This document shows positions 20,243 to 30,631 of a stretch of 32,000 nt of DNA, one piece after another. This DNA is from Moraxella nasovis (GTDB lineage: Bacteria > Pseudomonadota > Gammaproteobacteria > Pseudomonadales > Moraxellaceae). The stretch is from contig NZ_CP089976.1 in NCBI RefSeq assembly GCF_022701215.1, forward strand, positions 1,470,001 to 1,502,000, given 5' to 3'. Position 1 is the stretch's first letter; each line of letters starts with the position of its first letter. The notes beneath the pieces are model-generated. The model was not told the DNA's origin. It saw nothing but the letters and a program-made list of their open reading frames with translations, and did not search any database. The position numbers and the translations under genes were made by a program.

Positions 20243-20272
20243 AGCAAGCATGATAAGTGAATGCTTGTTTTG
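20243..20272 (+). terminator. Candidate rho-independent terminator after ggt
   Basis: CAAGCAT (20245-20251) pairs with ATGCTTG (20261-20267) around a 9-nt loop, followed by TTTT. Confidence 0.45.
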
Positions 20273-20347
20273 CTTGCATAAAAAAGTTGCTATTTTTTGT
20301 TTACGAATGTAAACTATAATAATTTAAGTATCTTTAGGATAATTTTT

Positions 20348-21253
20348 ATGACAAGCCCGAATCCCCAAGCGGACACAGCAGAACATAAGAGTGCTATTTG
20401 GCTAAATCGACCTGTGCCGAGTGTCAAGCAAGACCGAGTGGTAACACCATCTGCGGTGGAGACCGAGCCATCAACCGAATGCCCAAACTGCCATTCTTTG
20501 ACCACAAATACATCGCTCATCTTTAATCAATACGTCTGCCCAGACTGCGACCATCATCTGACTATGTCGGCAAGAAATCGCTTAGAATGGTTTTTTGACT
20601 CAGTCACAAAAGAGCTTGGGCAAGAGTTTCAAACGGGCAACCCCTTAAAGTTTACCGATAGCAAGCCTTACCCAGAACGTATGACACAGGCTCAAGCTGC
20701 CACAGGTGAGAGTGAAGCTTTAGTTGCGATGCAAGGCGTAATCAATGATTTACAGCTTATCGCTTGTGCCTTTGACTTTAAATTCATGGGTGGGTCTATG
20801 GGTTCTGTGGTGGGTGATCGTTTCGTGCAGGCAGCTGAGATAGCCTTAGCCGAGCGTAAGCCGTTTGTTTGCTTTGCTGCCAGTGGGGGTGCTAGAATGC
20901 AAGAAGGTCTGTTATCGCTTATGCAGATGGCTCGCACATCAGCAGCTATTGAGCGGTTGCGTTTAGCAGGCGTGCCTTATGTGGTGGTATTGACCAATCC
21001 TGTCTATGGTGGGGTTACAGCAAGTCTTGCCATGCTAGGCGATGTGCATATCAGTGAGCCACGTGCTATGATTGGCTTTGCAGGTAAGCGTGTGATTGAA
21101 CAGACGGTGCGTGAAGTCTTAGATGAGCCATTCCAGCGTGCAGAATTTTTACTTGAAAAAGGCACAGTAGATATGGTAACGCACCGCCATGAGTTAAAGC
21201 AAACTGTGCATCGTATTTTATTAAAGCTACTAAATATCACAAAAGTCGCCTAA
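20348..21253 (+). CDS. accD: Acetyl-CoA carboxylase carboxyltransferase beta subunit
   Basis: Zinc-ribbon CPNC...CPDC, then FKFMGGSMGSVVG and the carboxyltransferase core. I prefer ATG 20348, with AGGA ~10 nt upstream, over the TTG 20297 of the longest ORF. Confidence 0.93.
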   Translation: MTSPNPQADTAEHKSAIWLNRPVPSVKQDRVVTPSAVETEPSTECPNCHSLTTNTSLIFNQYVCPDCDHHLTMSARNRLEWFFDSVTKELGQEFQTGNPLKFTDSKPYPERMTQAQAATGESEALVAMQGVINDLQLIACAFDFKFMGGSMGSVVGDRFVQAAEIALAERKPFVCFAASGGARMQEGLLSLMQMARTSAAIERLRLAGVPYVVVLTNPVYGGVTASLAMLGDVHISEPRAMIGFAGKRVIEQTVREVLDEPFQRAEFLLEKGTVDMVTHRHELKQTVHRILLKLLNITKVA

Positions 21254-21298
21254 TTGGATTTAATACGTGTCATGGTATTATTAGCTGACAAGCTAAAT

Positions 21299-21335
21299 AA
21301 AACCATTCATCTTAAAGGTTTGATGAATGGTTTTT
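21299..21335 (+). terminator. Rho-independent terminator after accD
   Basis: AAAACCATTCATC (21299-21311) pairs perfectly with GATGAATGGTTTT (21322-21334) around a 10-nt loop, ending in a T-run. Confidence 0.6.
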
Positions 21336-21395
21336 GTCTTTTAAATCTGTGTTAAAATCAAGTACAATACGATAAATTCATTAAAATCAATTATT

Positions 21396-22727
21396 ATGAC
21401 AACTACGAGAACTTTAAGCCAGTGGCTTGACTACATGGCAAGCATTCATGTTTCTGCCATTGACATGGGACTTCAAAGAGTACTGCCCGTTGCCAAGCAC
21501 TTAGGTATTTTAAAAGAAAATCTAGACCCAAAACCGTATATTTTTACAGTAGCAGGCACAAATGGCAAGGGATCAACGACTGCCACCATCGCCCAAATTT
21601 GTCAGGCAGCGGAACTAAAAACAGCGTTATATCAGTCGCCGCATTTGGTGTCATTTACCGAGCGTGTGAAGATTAATGGCGTGGAAGTGGACGAAGATAC
21701 GCTGACTTGCGCCTTTGAGAAAGTGGAGCAAGCCAGAATACAGTGCGGTTTATCCTTATCGTTCTTTGAAATGACAACTTTGGCAAGCTTTGTGATTTTT
21801 AAGCAGGCAAATTGCGATGTGTGGGTGCTTGAGATTGGGCTTGGTGGGCGGCTTGATGTCGTTAATATCATCGATCCTGATGTAGCGGTGATTACAAATA
21901 TCGGTATCGATCATACAGATTGGCTTGGTAGTGATATCCAAAACATCGCAGAAGAAAAAGCTGGTATTATCCGTCATGGCATCCCTGTGGTGATTGGTGC
22001 AGATGTGCCAAGTCGCGTGCATGACATCGCCATGCAAAATGCCGCCACCGTATATCAGCTTGGGCAAGATTATGATTATCATCATGATGGATTAAGTGAT
22101 GTTTGGCAATATGCTTGTGGCAGTAGAACGCTTAATTTACCCATGCCCAAGCTGTCGGTACAAAATGCCGCTACAGCCATCAGTAGTGTCTTGGTAAGCA
22201 ATCTAGCCATTAATGAGAAGCACATCGCCCAAGCGATGAGACAGGTGCAGTTGGCAGGGCGGTTTGATAGACGTATGATTAAAAATCGCCAATGGCTGTT
22301 TGATGTTGCACATAATGAACACGGCATGACATTTTTTTTATCGCAATTTATCCCTTATTGGCGAGATTATCAGCACACCCACCCAGACGCACGCTTACAC
22401 ATCATTTTTTCTATGCTTGGCGATAAAGACGTGGCTAAGGTGTTAGATTTAATGCAAGCTCATATCCATGGTGGTGATTTTAGGGTGGATACTTGGCATA
22501 CTGCTGCTATCTTGCACAATCGAGCGATGCCTTTACAAAATGTACTAAAGCTGATGGATACGCATTTGACAGATGCTAATATCGTTTCGTACGCAACGTT
22601 ATCTGATGCAGCGACAGGCGTTATTCAGGCGACTTGTGAGCAGGATTTGATTTTATGTTTTGGGTCGTTTCATACAATTGGCGAGACGTTAATGGCATTG
22701 CTTGATATTCGATTTAATGAAAATTAA
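21396..22727 (+). CDS. folC: Bifunctional folylpolyglutamate synthase / dihydrofolate synthase
   Basis: 443 aa. It has the Mur-ligase P-loop VAGTNGKGST, ITNIGIDH and EKAGII motifs, and sits in the conserved position after accD. Confidence 0.9.
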   Translation: MTTTRTLSQWLDYMASIHVSAIDMGLQRVLPVAKHLGILKENLDPKPYIFTVAGTNGKGSTTATIAQICQAAELKTALYQSPHLVSFTERVKINGVEVDEDTLTCAFEKVEQARIQCGLSLSFFEMTTLASFVIFKQANCDVWVLEIGLGGRLDVVNIIDPDVAVITNIGIDHTDWLGSDIQNIAEEKAGIIRHGIPVVIGADVPSRVHDIAMQNAATVYQLGQDYDYHHDGLSDVWQYACGSRTLNLPMPKLSVQNAATAISSVLVSNLAINEKHIAQAMRQVQLAGRFDRRMIKNRQWLFDVAHNEHGMTFFLSQFIPYWRDYQHTHPDARLHIIFSMLGDKDVAKVLDLMQAHIHGGDFRVDTWHTAAILHNRAMPLQNVLKLMDTHLTDANIVSYATLSDAATGVIQATCEQDLILCFGSFHTIGETLMALLDIRFNEN

Positions 22728-22876
22728 GAGTGCGTGCTACGCCTAAATTTATGTCTTTGTGTTACAATATTAAGACACAATATTGATTGACGTGTTTTTA
22801 TAAAAACGCTAGATTTATCGGTCGTACTGCCAGTAGGTAGCTTAATGACAACTGACAAACTAAAAAACGGTGAGAT

Positions 22877-24031
22877 ATGATTTCAAAGCAAGTGGTACTT
22901 GGGTTGGTTTTGATTGTAGGCGGTGGGGTGTTGGCATTCGCTCTTTCCCAAGAAGGCGACCACGTGCCAAATAAAGATGTGCCTGCCGTTAAGACAGAGC
23001 AGACAATCGTCCGTCCTGTGGTAGAGCCTTTGACCGCTGATGCTGAGACCGAGAAGCGAGTTCTAGCAGAGCGTCAAAAGCAGCGTGAAAAACGTGAAGC
23101 CCTTATTGAACTAGAAACGAACGCATTGCTAAGTGAACAAGAGCGTGCGCGTGTTGAGGCTTTGGCAAAGGCGAAAGCTGAAACAAATGGCGGCGTGTCA
23201 GTCAAATCTAAGGAAATCAGTGTCCAAAGTGCCGAAAAAAGTGAGGTAATCGCAGCCCCTACTGTGCAAACTCGCCCTGAAGTACTGGCAGCAGCAGTGC
23301 GTGAAAGTCAGCGTGCTCGTGAACAACAAAAAGCAGAGGCCCAAGCCCAAGCTAAAAAAGATGAGGCAAAAAAAGCTGAAACAAAGCAATCTGAGCCTAA
23401 AAAAACCGAACCTAAAAAGCAAGATAATCTAGCATCAGATACTAACAAATCAGCCAAGAAAGATGCTCAAAAAACCAAAGCAGAACAAAACTCTAAGCCA
23501 GTTCAAGGTAAAAAATATGAAGTAGCTGACGGTGATAACCTAACTCGGATAGCCCGTCAGTATGGCATTTCTGTCACCGCTTTGGCAGAAGCGAATAATA
23601 TGCGTCCATCTGATGCCTTGTGGTTAGGTCGCACCATCGTTATTCCAAGTGCATCTCAAGTGAATAAATTGGAAGAAAAGGCAGCAAAACGCAGAGTTCA
23701 AGCGAATAAAGATAAACCGATACAAAATAAACCAAAGCCTGAAAAAAACACCGATAAAGCAGATAAAGCCCAAGATAAAAATAAAACTAAAAGCACAGCG
23801 ATTTATAGCGTGCAAGTGGCTTTATCGCCTGATAAACAAAAAATTGATGACGTGGTGCGTGAGTATCGTGCAGCAGGCTATAAAGTTAGCACCAGCCAGA
23901 CGAGTCGCGGCATTCGTGTTTTAGTTGATTCTAAAGACTCTTATGATGATGCCAATGCTTTACGCTCTAAAATCGCTGCCGATGATCGCGTCAAGTCAGA
24001 AGGGGCTTTTGTCAAAAAAATGGAAAAATAG
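22877..24031 (+). CDS. LysM plus SPOR domain peptidoglycan-binding protein (DedD/FtsN-like position)
   Basis: 384 aa. It has an N-terminal TM helix, a long K/A/E/Q-rich linker, a LysM domain (YEVADGDNLTRIARQYGISVTALAEANN...IVIP) and a C-terminal SPOR-like domain (YSVQVALSPDKQKIDDVVREYRAAGYKV...). Confidence 0.8.
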   Translation: MISKQVVLGLVLIVGGGVLAFALSQEGDHVPNKDVPAVKTEQTIVRPVVEPLTADAETEKRVLAERQKQREKREALIELETNALLSEQERARVEALAKAKAETNGGVSVKSKEISVQSAEKSEVIAAPTVQTRPEVLAAAVRESQRAREQQKAEAQAQAKKDEAKKAETKQSEPKKTEPKKQDNLASDTNKSAKKDAQKTKAEQNSKPVQGKKYEVADGDNLTRIARQYGISVTALAEANNMRPSDALWLGRTIVIPSASQVNKLEEKAAKRRVQANKDKPIQNKPKPEKNTDKADKAQDKNKTKSTAIYSVQVALSPDKQKIDDVVREYRAAGYKVSTSQTSRGIRVLVDSKDSYDDANALRSKIAADDRVKSEGAFVKKMEK

Positions 24032-24090
24032 CAAGCTTACCTATATTTAATCAAAAATGGTGCTATAATACCGCACCATTTTGGTGGTGG

Positions 24091-24120
24091 AACGCAGACA
24101 TTGGGCTGCGTTTATTTTTT
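24091..24120 (+). terminator. Rho-independent terminator after the LysM/SPOR gene
   Basis: AACGCAG (24091-24097) pairs with CTGCGTT (24106-24112), followed by a T-rich tail. A second hairpin, AATGGTGC/GCACCATT, lies upstream at 24056-24080. Confidence 0.55.
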
Positions 24121-24152
24121 AAGTTTATGATGTATTAAAAAAGAATTGAGAT

Positions 24153-24677
24153 GTGATGAGTGATGATGTTTGGTTGATTGGCATAGCCGTGATGGCGTTT
24201 ATTTTGTGCTTATTGTGGCTGAGAAAAAAAACACGCCCCAAACAAGAGCATGTCAAAGGCGATGATTTGCCGATTTGGCCATTTGAACCTATGCCTGTGA
24301 TGACCGATAGCGAAGTGCTGTTTTTTAAAAAGCTACAAATCGCCTTGCCCGAATTTTTAATTTTTAGTCAGGTGCAGTTATCACGCATCATAGAGCCGAG
24401 CGAAGAAGCTGGTAGCGATCGACAGTTTTGGTTTAACAGAGTATGCCGTCAGAGTGTGGATTTTGTGCTTGTGCGTGCTGATTGCCAAACGGTGCTTGCT
24501 GCCATCGAGCTTGATGACTGGACGCATGACAGCGTTGTCCGCCAAAAACAAGACGCCAAAAAAGACAAGGCGTTATCCAGTGCAGGCATTCCGATTATTC
24601 GCTTTCATGCTTCAGCCATGCCTACAGCTGAGATGATTCGTCATGATGTCATCGAAGTGGTGCGACGATTTGGTTAG
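24153..24677 (+). CDS. DUF2726-like protein (restriction-endonuclease-like fold, N-terminal TM anchor)
   Basis: 174 aa. It has a TM helix (WLIGIAVMAFILCLLWL) and then E..FFKKL......IFSQVQLSRII...VDFVL.......AIELDD..H, the DUF2726 pattern as I recall it. Confidence 0.6.
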   Translation: MMSDDVWLIGIAVMAFILCLLWLRKKTRPKQEHVKGDDLPIWPFEPMPVMTDSEVLFFKKLQIALPEFLIFSQVQLSRIIEPSEEAGSDRQFWFNRVCRQSVDFVLVRADCQTVLAAIELDDWTHDSVVRQKQDAKKDKALSSAGIPIIRFHASAMPTAEMIRHDVIEVVRRFG

Positions 24678-24716
24678 TGGCTGAATGTTAGTTTAGTTTT
24701 TTTTAGCAGATACAAT

Positions 24717-24746
24717 AAAGCCAAGCAAAAAGCTTGGCTTTATTTG
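24717..24746. terminator. Bidirectional rho-independent terminator between the DUF2726 and cytochrome c' genes
   Basis: A perfect 10-bp stem, AAAGCCAAGC (24717-24726) with GCTTGGCTTT (24732-24741), around a 5-nt loop. T-rich sequence follows on both strands. Confidence 0.65.
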
Positions 24747-24757
24747 CTGATGGCGTA

Positions 24758-25201
24758 TCAGTCTTTTTTATAGACCTTGTGGCATGAGCCGCAAGCTTCT
24801 TTTAGCTCGCCATAGGCAGCTTCAACATCAGCGGCTGATGTGGCGGTTTTAGCGACCTTAGACAGCTGAGTTGCTGCAGCGTCAAACTCGGTTGCCTTTT
24901 GGTTAAAGCCTGCTGCATCTGTCCATACTGCATCTAAAGAGTCGCCGCCTTTATCAGCTTCATGATGAAAATGCGACCATGTCGTGGCTGTGCTATTTTT
25001 GATGAGGTCTGCTTGTTCGCTAAAAGCAGCATTATCAAAACTGTCGGGGTTTTCAATCATGCCTTTCATGATGTCGCCTGAAGCACGCCAGTCTTGCATG
25101 GCGTCTTGGCGTGCCTTAACAGCGGCAGGTTCGTTCGTGCTACTACATGCAGCCAAAGATAATATAGCGATGCTTAAAAGTGTGATGGGTAGTGTTTTCA
25201 C
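24758..25201 (-). CDS. Class II cytochrome c (cytochrome c'), lipoprotein
   Basis: 147 aa. It has a lipobox LSLAAC, four-helix-bundle-like length, and a single C-terminal heme motif CGSCHKVYK, as in cytochrome c' and c-556. Confidence 0.8.
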   Translation of the reverse strand: MKTLPITLLSIAILSLAACSSTNEPAAVKARQDAMQDWRASGDIMKGMIENPDSFDNAAFSEQADLIKNSTATTWSHFHHEADKGGDSLDAVWTDAAGFNQKATEFDAAATQLSKVAKTATSAADVEAAYGELKEACGSCHKVYKKD

Positions 25202-25278
25202 AGCCTGTCGTCCTTTGGTTAAGATAAAGCAAGTACTATATCATAAAGAGTATGATTAGCTCAATTGTCTTTACATTT

Positions 25279-26864
<1,586 letters not shown>

Positions 26865-27164
26865 AATAAACCTCAGATGTTGTTTATTATTTTGGTGTTG
26901 TTGGGTGTTATTAGGCAGAAGAATTGCAAATAAAATAGGGTTTTTCTAGCAAAAAAACCGCCTATCTTGTAAAATAGTCGCAAGATTGTGCCAAAAATGC
27001 TATTATGCCACACTATTTTATCCAATAAAAAAGTTTTGTGTTATTTGTTTAAATAATTTTCTTTTTTTTATTGGCTGTTATTTTATTTTTTTTTGGAAAA
27101 ATTAGCCCGTATGCCAGCTTCCAATACACCCATAAAATCCTATACATCAAAAGTGTTTAAGCAG

Positions 27165-29210
27165 ATGATAACCACACGTCCGCTTACGCCGATTTTGGAT
27201 AAAGTGGATTCTCCTGCTGATTTAAAATCATTATCAGTGGATGAGCTGTGTGTGCTAGCTGATGAGCTTCGAGCGTTTTTATTGTATTCTACAGGTGTAA
27301 GTGGCGGGCATTTTGGGGCAAATTTAGGCGTGGTTGAGTTGACCATCGCCTTACATACTGTTTTAAATACGCCATATGATCAGCTGGTGTGGGATGTGGG
27401 ACATCAAGCCTATGCTCACAAGGTGCTAACAGGTCGCAAAGATGCTCTAACCAGTATCAGATCTAAGCTTGGCTTAACAGCATTTCCTGAGCGTCATGAG
27501 AGTATTTATGATGCTTTTGGCGTGGGGCATTCTTCTACATCTATCTCAGCTGCACTTGGTATGAGTTTGGCGGCTCGCTTGGCGGGTGAGAGTCGCCGAG
27601 TGGTTGCTGTGATTGGCGATGGAGCTATGACTGGCGGTATGGCGTTTGAGGCGATGAATGACGCTGTGCAGCAAAATGCTGACCTTACTGTCGTCCTAAA
27701 CGATAATGATATGTCAATCTCTCAGGCGATTGGTGGATTTTCTAGGCATCTTGCCAAGCTTTGGCAACGTGGACTTGCAGTAGATATTGACAAAAATGGC
27801 AATATCATCATGGCAAAACGTCAAATCAGCACAGACGATCGCCGAGTTCGCCATTATCTACACATGGCAAATGACGCTTTTGGCGATATTTCTGGTAAAT
27901 TGCCTAGTAAAATTAGCGAACGATTATCTGATGCCATTGGCGGTATTTTGGGTAAAAATACACCTGCCACGCCGCTACCTGATAAAATCGCCGAGAAAAT
28001 CGCTGATAGGCTATGTGCAGATAACTTATTTCGTGCGATTGGCTTTACATACCTTGGTCCGTTTGATGGACATGATTTGCCAAAGCTTATGCAAGTGTTT
28101 GAGCGAGCTCAAAGCTTGTCAGGTGCGGTGCTGATTCATGTACATACCATTAAGGGCAAGGGGTTTTTACCTGCTGAAGCTGACCCTATTGGCTATCACG
28201 CCATTGGCAAATTGCCGAAATCCACGCCTACGCCTAGTGTCCAAAAACCTGCCAAAAAATATTCTGATGTGTTTGGTGAGTGGCTGATAGATACCGCTAA
28301 AGCTGATGAGAAATTGGTTGCAATCACACCTGCGATGGCAGAAGGGTCTGGTATGGTGAATTTTGCCAAAGTATTCCCTAAGCGGTTTTTTGATGTGGCG
28401 ATTGCTGAACAGCACGCTGTAACGCTTGCAGCTGGTATGGCAACCAATCATAAAATTAAGCCTGTAGTGGCGATTTACTCTACATTTTTACAGCGTGGCT
28501 ATGATCAGCTGATTCACGATGTGGCGTTACAGTCGCTTGATGTAACCTTTGCCATTGATCGAGCGGGGCTTGTGGGTGAAGATGGGGCGACGCATGCTGG
28601 TGTATTTGACCTTGCATTCATGCGATGTGTGCCGAACATGATTATTGCTGCTCCATCTGATGAGCATGAATGTTATCATTTACTGTCTGCTTGCTATGCT
28701 CACCAAGGTGCTGCTGCTGTAAGATATCCACGTGGTGCAGGCATCGGCAGGCAGATTCATCAGCACACTGATGAGTTATTTAAGATAGGTGTATCAAAGC
28801 TGATATGGCAGACTGACACATGGCAACTAGCCTCCAAAAAGCTTGCTGTGCTTGTGTTTGGCACCCGTCTGCATGATGCACTTGCCGCCGCCAAACAATT
28901 ACAATCATCACAGCTTGGCTTATGTGTGATTGATATGCGGTGGGTTAAGCCCTTAGATAGTTATATGCTAGATCGACTGCTTGCTGATGGTGTCACGCAT
29001 ATAGCTACCGTAGAAGAGCATCAGATCGCAGGGGGAGCAGGCTCAGCGGTTAATGAATATTTATTACAAAGACGGGCGAGCGTGTGCATTAAGAATATCG
29101 GTATTCATGATGAATTTATTGCACATGCAAGCCACGCAGAACAGCTGTCGGCTTGTAAGCTGGACGAAGACGGTATTTATCAGCATCTGTCTAGTTTTAC
29201 CAGCCAGTAG
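27165..29210 (+). CDS. dxs: 1-deoxy-D-xylulose-5-phosphate synthase
   Basis: SGGHFGANLG, WDVGHQAYAHKVLTGR, the ThDP motif GDGAMTGGMAFEAMN...NDN, and IAEQHAVT. ATG 27165 aligns best with the E. coli DXS N-terminus. The longest ORF begins at TTG 27093, with another ATG at 27111. Confidence 0.93.
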   Translation: MITTRPLTPILDKVDSPADLKSLSVDELCVLADELRAFLLYSTGVSGGHFGANLGVVELTIALHTVLNTPYDQLVWDVGHQAYAHKVLTGRKDALTSIRSKLGLTAFPERHESIYDAFGVGHSSTSISAALGMSLAARLAGESRRVVAVIGDGAMTGGMAFEAMNDAVQQNADLTVVLNDNDMSISQAIGGFSRHLAKLWQRGLAVDIDKNGNIIMAKRQISTDDRRVRHYLHMANDAFGDISGKLPSKISERLSDAIGGILGKNTPATPLPDKIAEKIADRLCADNLFRAIGFTYLGPFDGHDLPKLMQVFERAQSLSGAVLIHVHTIKGKGFLPAEADPIGYHAIGKLPKSTPTPSVQKPAKKYSDVFGEWLIDTAKADEKLVAITPAMAEGSGMVNFAKVFPKRFFDVAIAEQHAVTLAAGMATNHKIKPVVAIYSTFLQRGYDQLIHDVALQSLDVTFAIDRAGLVGEDGATHAGVFDLAFMRCVPNMIIAAPSDEHECYHLLSACYAHQGAAAVRYPRGAGIGRQIHQHTDELFKIGVSKLIWQTDTWQLASKKLAVLVFGTRLHDALAAAKQLQSSQLGLCVIDMRWVKPLDSYMLDRLLADGVTHIATVEEHQIAGGAGSAVNEYLLQRRASVCIKNIGIHDEFIAHASHAEQLSACKLDEDGIYQHLSSFTSQ

Positions 29211-29303
29211 CTTATTTTGAATACATGACAACTGTCTTATGCGGGCAGTTATACTATTTAAACTATTTAACTTTAACTTAACCCAACCAAATGAAGGTGA
29301 ACT

Positions 29304-30134
29304 ATGGAACCTATGGTAGTAATCGCATCACAAGTGGCTCGTAAAGTCGGGCACGAAATCCTAAGAGCTCACGAGAACCGTCATCGCATTGATCTGGCGG
29401 TAGAATCAAAGGGGTTAGATGGTCTTGTTACTAAAGTCGATCGTTATGCTGAAGAGCTGGCTATTTCTTTATTAAAAGAAAGCTACCCAAATCATTCTTA
29501 TCTTGGCGAAGAATTCGGTCTGCAAGAGGGTAAGGGTTATGATGCAGAATGGTGCTGGGTGATTGATCCGCTTGATGGCACTAAGAATTTTGTGCATGGG
29601 TTGCCGCATTTTTGTGTGTCTATTGCCGCCCAAAAAAACGGCGTAACCGAGCATGGTGTCATCTACGATCCTGTGCGTGATGAGATATTTTGTGCCAGTC
29701 GTGGACGTGGTGCGACACTAAACCAGCGTCGCATTACGGTGTCAGATCGCACAACCATTAATGGCGGTCTATTCACCACAGGGCATCCATACGAAAAAAT
29801 GGTAAATGGTGTGCATACAAGCTTTGCTCGTCAGCATTTTGCAAGCCTTCAGGCGGTTTGTGAGCAGGGCGGTCAAGTACGTCGCTTGGGTAGTGCAGCG
29901 TTAGATTTGTGCCATGTGGCAGCAGGTCGCTTAGATGGTTATTTTGAGATGTCGCTTAAGCCGTGGGATGTGGCGGCAGGCGAGCTTATTGTAACTGAAG
30001 CTCGTGGTGTGGTTGTCGATCATCGTGGTGCACCAAATGCGATGGCGACAGGTTCTGTGTTTGCTTGTAATGTCAAGCTATTAAAGCCGCTTATGCAGCT
30101 TGTGATACCGACATGGGAAAACGCCTTAGGTTAA
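29304..30134 (+). CDS. suhB: Inositol monophosphatase family protein (SuhB-like)
   Basis: 276 aa. EE...WVIDPLDGTKNF and WDVAAG are IMPase signatures. SD AAGGTG lies upstream. Confidence 0.85.
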   Translation: MEPMVVIASQVARKVGHEILRAHENRHRIDLAVESKGLDGLVTKVDRYAEELAISLLKESYPNHSYLGEEFGLQEGKGYDAEWCWVIDPLDGTKNFVHGLPHFCVSIAAQKNGVTEHGVIYDPVRDEIFCASRGRGATLNQRRITVSDRTTINGGLFTTGHPYEKMVNGVHTSFARQHFASLQAVCEQGGQVRRLGSAALDLCHVAAGRLDGYFEMSLKPWDVAAGELIVTEARGVVVDHRGAPNAMATGSVFACNVKLLKPLMQLVIPTWENALG

Positions 30135-30164
30135 ACCGCTGGCTATATTTGATTGATAATACAT

Positions 30165-30195
30165 AAAAATCCGCTCCTATGTGAGCGGTTTTTTT
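30165..30195 (+). terminator. Rho-independent terminator after suhB
   Basis: CCGCTC (30171-30176) pairs with GAGCGG (30183-30188) around a 6-nt loop. An A-run precedes it and T7 (30189-30195) follows. Confidence 0.65.
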
Positions 30196-30458
30196 ATGCG
30201 ATGGCTTATTTGTCAATCGTCATGATAAAGTGATGAAGTTTGTTGGTGTGCTTATTATTTAGCTGTATTTTGCATCATAAACGCTAAAGATGGTTTGGTG
30301 TGTTTTCTCCTTAAAACATCAAATAAGAAACATCTGTTTACACTTTATTGGGAAAAATCCCAAAAATTTCTTGTGAACGATTGTTAACTTGGTTAAACTT
30401 GACTACAAGTTAGGTAAGCGATAAGCGAACCCCACCAAGCCCATTTAAGGAGATTGCC

Positions 30459-30593
30459 ATGACGAAGAAAACACACTTTGAGATGAATATATTATCCCAA
30501 GGACAAGAAAAACCAATCACAAGCGAGATGATCGCTAAAGTACTAGAAAAGCTTGCCAAAGCCCATCGTCTGTCTTTATCAAAAGTTGCCTAA
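30459..30593 (+). CDS. Candidate small protein (44 aa), unknown function; absent from the supplied ORF track
   Basis: ATG 30459 is preceded by a consensus SD, AAGGAG, with a 6-nt spacer. Translation: MTKKTHFEMNILSQGQEKPITSEMIAKVLEKLAKAHRLSLSKVA. Stop is TAA 30591-30593. I recognise no family. Confidence 0.35.
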   Translation: MTKKTHFEMNILSQGQEKPITSEMIAKVLEKLAKAHRLSLSKVA

Positions 30594-30612
30594 ATTAAAA
30601 GTTGCCTAAGTT
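30581..30612. repeat. 16-bp tandem duplication (AAAAGTTGCCTAAnTT, two copies)
   Basis: 30581-30596 reads aaaagttgcctaaatt and 30597-30612 reads aaaagttgcctaagtt, matching at 15 of 16 positions. The first copy holds the last four codons and the stop of the small ORF. Confidence 0.85.
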
Positions 30613-30631
30613 GTGATGGTCAAATGATACA

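Noticed and set aside
20297-20347. A TTG-initiated 17-codon N-terminal extension of accD, from the longest ORF.
   Set aside because: The extension (MFTNVNYNNLSIFRIIF) is AT-rich promoter-like sequence containing a TATAAT. ATG 20348 has an AGGA at proper distance.
23280-23480. Repetitive K/A/E/Q-coding DNA could be a tandem repeat or CRISPR-like array.
   Set aside because: The repeats are degenerate at the DNA level, in frame within one ORF, and lack a regular repeat-spacer periodicity.
26865-27092. A possible FMN riboswitch or other leader upstream of ribA, in the ribA-dxs divergent region.
   Set aside because: The region is AT-rich with long T-runs and lacks the G-rich conserved RFN core. 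No convincing multi-stem structure is seen by eye.
27093-27164. A 24-codon N-terminal extension of dxs from TTG 27093, with ATG 27111 as a further alternative.
   Set aside because: Homologue alignment from memory (E. coli DXS) puts the N-terminus at ATG 27165. The upstream codons follow poly-T tracts with no SD. This remains uncertain.
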